From: Minisyncoccota bacterium
GTDB lineage: Bacteria > Patescibacteriota > Minisyncoccia > Moranbacterales > GCA-2747515
DNA length: 56,832 nucleotides
Assembly: GCA_020629675.1 (NCBI GenBank)
Contig: JAHDCW010000002.1
Span: 1 to 56,832 of the forward strand
Direction of reading: 5' to 3'
Shown piece by piece: positions 54,180-56,832 of this stretch; positions within the stretch are counted from its first letter, which is position 1; each line of letters begins with the position of its first letter. Under the pieces are notes generated by a model, which was not told the DNA's origin, did not search any database, and saw nothing but the letters and a program-made list of their open reading frames with translations. The position numbers and the translations under genes were made by a program.

Positions 54180-56066
54180 TTACTCCTTTGCATAAGGATT
54201 ATCGCCTGCGATGTTAGATTCTTTGGCACTGTAGATATGGAGTGCACTGCGCTCACTTTGTGAGCGCTTTATTGTGTGGAGAGGAATGTTAACTTTTGTG
54301 TAAAGCTGCTCAAAATTATAGACGCCGATGCGTGGAGCTGCTCTACGTTTGAGCTCACTCTTACTTTCTCGGATAACTTGATGAGCTCGATCAGGTGTTG
54401 TGACAAAATACTGAAAGACAAGCTTGTCTTCTAGGATGCGATCGTGTTTAACCGTTGTCGTGCAGCTACCTACAAAAGCACGGCATACGCCTGATTTGTC
54501 GGACCAAATACTTAGATTCTCAGCATAGGGAAGACTGTTAAGATACGCGGCTGCATGATAGCTACCATCACCCATGTTTTTGTAGTCAAAGAGGTGGTTG
54601 GTAGGTAAGAATGAGTTGTGATAACTAAGATAAAATGGTGTACTGGTATAAAGACTCGCAATGAGGGTAATGGTAAGACCGCCATAAAGAAATCTCTTGG
54701 CTACTACTTGTGATGGGAGTAGTAGTCGCTGCCCTAGAATAAAGGTGCCACATGCGCATACAAAAAATACGAGAGGGAATAAGCCTATCTGGTAACGCAG
54801 CGTGGGCGCGACACCGCCTATTGCAGAGCCAAGGTAGTACACTACGATAAATAGAAGTGATCCTGTGATAAATAGTTGCTGCTTCTTGGTTGCGATCAAT
54901 GGTGTTACAAGGCATGTCACGAGAAAAAGTGCGAGCATGAGCGGGTGCAAGCCAAAGGTAATGTTATAAAAACCTGAGAGAAATGTTGTCAAAAAATCAG
55001 TGTTGCTCAGTGCACTTTTCGGTGATTGAAGAGCGAGTTGAAAGTTGTGGAGCGGGTTATTGAGGATGGTACTCAAAAGCACATAAAGAGTAGCCATAAA
55101 AACTGTGATTGCGCTAAAAATCGTAATCACCCTGTGGTACGGACGCAGGTAAAAGAGTATCGTGCTAAATAAAGGTCTTCTACTTAGAAAGGTGTCAGTC
55201 ACGAAAAAAAACATGAGTCCGACGTAAATGCCCCAGATAGCTATAAAAGCTTCTGAGAAGAGCGTTCCCCTAAGGATATCGATTGGTCTAATCCATGTAC
55301 TCGGTAACATGAGGATATATACTGCTAATGCAATAAAGGTGATACTCATATAAACGATGATATGTCGCTTGAGTTGACTTTGGATGAGGGTGATATCTTT
55401 CTTACGGTCATATATCACAATTAAGGCGCTAAGTAACGGCATCATTACGAAAATAAGATTTGCAATATATTTTGTCAGAAGTCCTAGCCCTAGGATGGTA
55501 CCGGCATAAATTACAGTGGTACGCGACGGAAACAAGAGTGCGCGCCATATAAGAAAAAAACTTAATGGTAAGAGAATCCATAAAAGCGCATCAGGATTAA
55601 TAATACGTGCGATGCCGAGTAGGTGCGGGGATAATGCAATCATGAGAACTGATGCGAGTGCAATTTCTTGGTTAGTGAGCCGGCGGACGACAAAAAAGAG
55701 GAGTAAAAGCAAAATCGCACCAGCAGCTAAGATGGGTAGACGCATAAGTGCCGTGAGATGTTCATGTTCCTCAGGTGTGATCGACTCTTGGATCGTGCTA
55801 GGGTAAGCGTGAGCGAGGCGAGAGGGTGTGCCGAGGATGGCAATTGTGATACCTGGCTTGTCATTAATGCGTGTGCCAAGGAGATCGCCACTTAAGAAAG
55901 AGGCGCTGTATGATTCGATACGATCAAAAATCCATAAAGGCTCATCAACCATTGCTTGTTTGCCGATATCTCGTGCACCGATTACAAAAAAACAAAAACA
56001 CAGCAAAAAAGCAAGTGCTGTATAAAAAGATGAATAATGCTCCTGTGAGCGAGAAAAAATTTGCAT
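54180..56066 (-). CDS. GT-C glycosyltransferase, ArnT/PMT (GT39/GT83)-like
   Basis: First periplasmic loop MVDEPLWIFDR...NDKPG (DE motif), more than 12 TM helices and a ~130-aa C-terminal soluble domain. The ATG at 56066 is preferred. Confidence 0.75.
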   Translation of the reverse strand: MQIFSRSQEHYSSFYTALAFLLCFCFFVIGARDIGKQAMVDEPLWIFDRIESYSASFLSGDLLGTRINDKPGITIAILGTPSRLAHAYPSTIQESITPEEHEHLTALMRLPILAAGAILLLLLFFVVRRLTNQEIALASVLMIALSPHLLGIARIINPDALLWILLPLSFFLIWRALLFPSRTTVIYAGTILGLGLLTKYIANLIFVMMPLLSALIVIYDRKKDITLIQSQLKRHIIVYMSITFIALAVYILMLPSTWIRPIDILRGTLFSEAFIAIWGIYVGLMFFFVTDTFLSRRPLFSTILFYLRPYHRVITIFSAITVFMATLYVLLSTILNNPLHNFQLALQSPKSALSNTDFLTTFLSGFYNITFGLHPLMLALFLVTCLVTPLIATKKQQLFITGSLLFIVVYYLGSAIGGVAPTLRYQIGLFPLVFFVCACGTFILGQRLLLPSQVVAKRFLYGGLTITLIASLYTSTPFYLSYHNSFLPTNHLFDYKNMGDGSYHAAAYLNSLPYAENLSIWSDKSGVCRAFVGSCTTTVKHDRILEDKLVFQYFVTTPDRAHQVIRESKSELKRRAAPRIGVYNFEQLYTKVNIPLHTIKRSQSERSALHIYSAKESNIAGDNPYAKE

Positions 56067-56122
56067 GAAAGTAACATTTACTATATCTCTATTGTACCTG
56101 AAAAACATGTTAAAATAAAAGC

Positions 56123-56832
56123 ATGAATATTACCAAGGGATTATCGTGGATCCTCCTTTTGATTATTATTGTAATCGGCTTTGTTCTGCGTTTCACGGCG
56201 CTCGGTGAGACGACACTTGTCAGTGATGAGTTTTTAGATGTCAATGCGACATATGGGTATTCCCAGACAGGCGCATGGCAGGCCTGGGACTGGAATCAAG
56301 AGGCGCCGAGTGTACGGCAAAATCAGGCCAGTGATGAGCGTGCGTGGCTCTATCGTATTCAGGTGTCATGGTTATATGAGTTTTTGCCACCAACGGTAGA
56401 AAATATCCGCCTCATAAGTGTTTTATGGGGTGTGGTAACGATTGTGGTCATATATGGAGTCTCACTTTCTTTTTTTTGTAGTCGTGTAATTGCTCTGATG
56501 GCTGCATTTTTATGGGCTGTAAGTATCCCTGCGATTGAGGTTAATCGTACGATTAGGATGTACAGCATGTTTGCACCCGTGTTTCTGCTCTTCATATGGT
56601 CGTTTTACAGTCTTATGGAGCGTGGACGACGTCACGCCGATGCGCTTTGGCGAGGTTTTTTTGATCTGAATTGGTGGTTTTTTGTGCCTACGCTTTTACT
56701 TGGGCTGCTCTCACTTCATTTACATCTTCTCACTCTTAATATCGCTATTGCATTTCTCTTTTATTGTATCTTTAGAAGTATTCAGACAAGCGATTGGCGA
56801 CCGTGGGCTTTTGGGCGTTGGTCGTATTACTT
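56123..56832 (+). CDS. GT-C glycosyltransferase, ArnT/PMT-like (3' partial, runs off the window)
   Basis: Not in the supplied ORF track. My translation from the ATG at 56123 is MNITKGLSWILLLIIIVIGFVLRFTALGETTLVSDEFLDVNATYGY...DERAWLYRIQV..., open to the window end. TM pattern and DE-type first loop resemble ArnT/PMT_2 proteins. Confidence 0.65.
   Translation, partial: MNITKGLSWILLLIIIVIGFVLRFTALGETTLVSDEFLDVNATYGYSQTGAWQAWDWNQEAPSVRQNQASDERAWLYRIQVSWLYEFLPPTVENIRLISVLWGVVTIVVIYGVSLSFFCSRVIALMAAFLWAVSIPAIEVNRTIRMYSMFAPVFLLFIWSFYSLMERGRRHADALWRGFFDLNWWFFVPTLLLGLLSLHLHLLTLNIAIAFLFYCIFRSIQTSDWRPWAFGRWSYY

Noticed and set aside
56359-56595. 78-aa minus-strand ORF.
   Set aside because: It is antisense to the partial GT-C CDS that I translated from 56123 to the window end.
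1-56832. Search for CRISPR arrays, tRNA/rRNA genes, IS elements, integrases, toxin-antitoxin pairs or known defence-system genes.
   Set aside because: I saw no direct-repeat/spacer periodicity, no cloverleaf-compatible intergenic sequence and no transposase or recombinase motifs. This is a by-eye scan only and should be confirmed with tRNAscan-SE, Infernal, minced and DefenseFinder.

Overview
This is a gene-dense chromosomal segment with about 55 CDS, many separated by under 20 nt or overlapping by 4 or 8 nt. It uses the standard genetic code (TGA, TAA and TAG all terminate well-supported genes). I recognised no rRNA, tRNA, CRISPR array, transposase, integrase or prophage gene. Housekeeping genes are galE, serS, truB, miaA, thrS, dnaE, rnhB, rlmH, a SpoU-type methyltransferase, recJ, yaaA, rnhA, a class A PBP, a glutaredoxin and an ADP-forming acetyl-CoA synthetase. 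They are interleaved with an unusually large set of envelope-glycosylation genes: three GT2, three GT4, four or five polytopic GT-C-like proteins, two GtrA proteins and one flippase-like protein. Domain-minimised housekeeping proteins (ThrRS without TGS, TruB without PUA), the ADP-forming ACS and many orphan membrane-anchored proteins suggest a reduced-genome, Patescibacteria/CPR-like organism. That placement is inference only. Main findings: (1) A tightly packed six-gene operon at 45202-54159 encodes a membrane-anchored GH81 beta-1,3-glucanase, a YfhO-like GT-C protein, a BcsA/CrdS-like processive GT2 synthase without PilZ, a HlyD-type adaptor, GtrA and an FAD oxidoreductase. It is flanked by a Dpm1-like GT2, a Cys-rich repeat surface protein and two divergent ArnT-like GT-C genes. 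This is a candidate beta-glucan synthesis and envelope glycosylation machine. (2) A complete T-box attenuator lies upstream of thrS, with an exact T-box core, a UGGAACC bulge and a mutually exclusive terminator. (3) A membrane-anchored Clp/Hsp100-like double AAA+ protein has a degenerate first ATPase ring. (4) Decay signatures include a P-loop kinase pseudogene, a possibly frameshifted small gene, and a single WD40 repeat with its own promoter-like site and terminator. (5) An atypical receiver protein (conserved Lys replaced by His) sits just downstream of the acetyl-CoA synthetase. All family assignments come from motif reading by eye and need HMM or structure confirmation.
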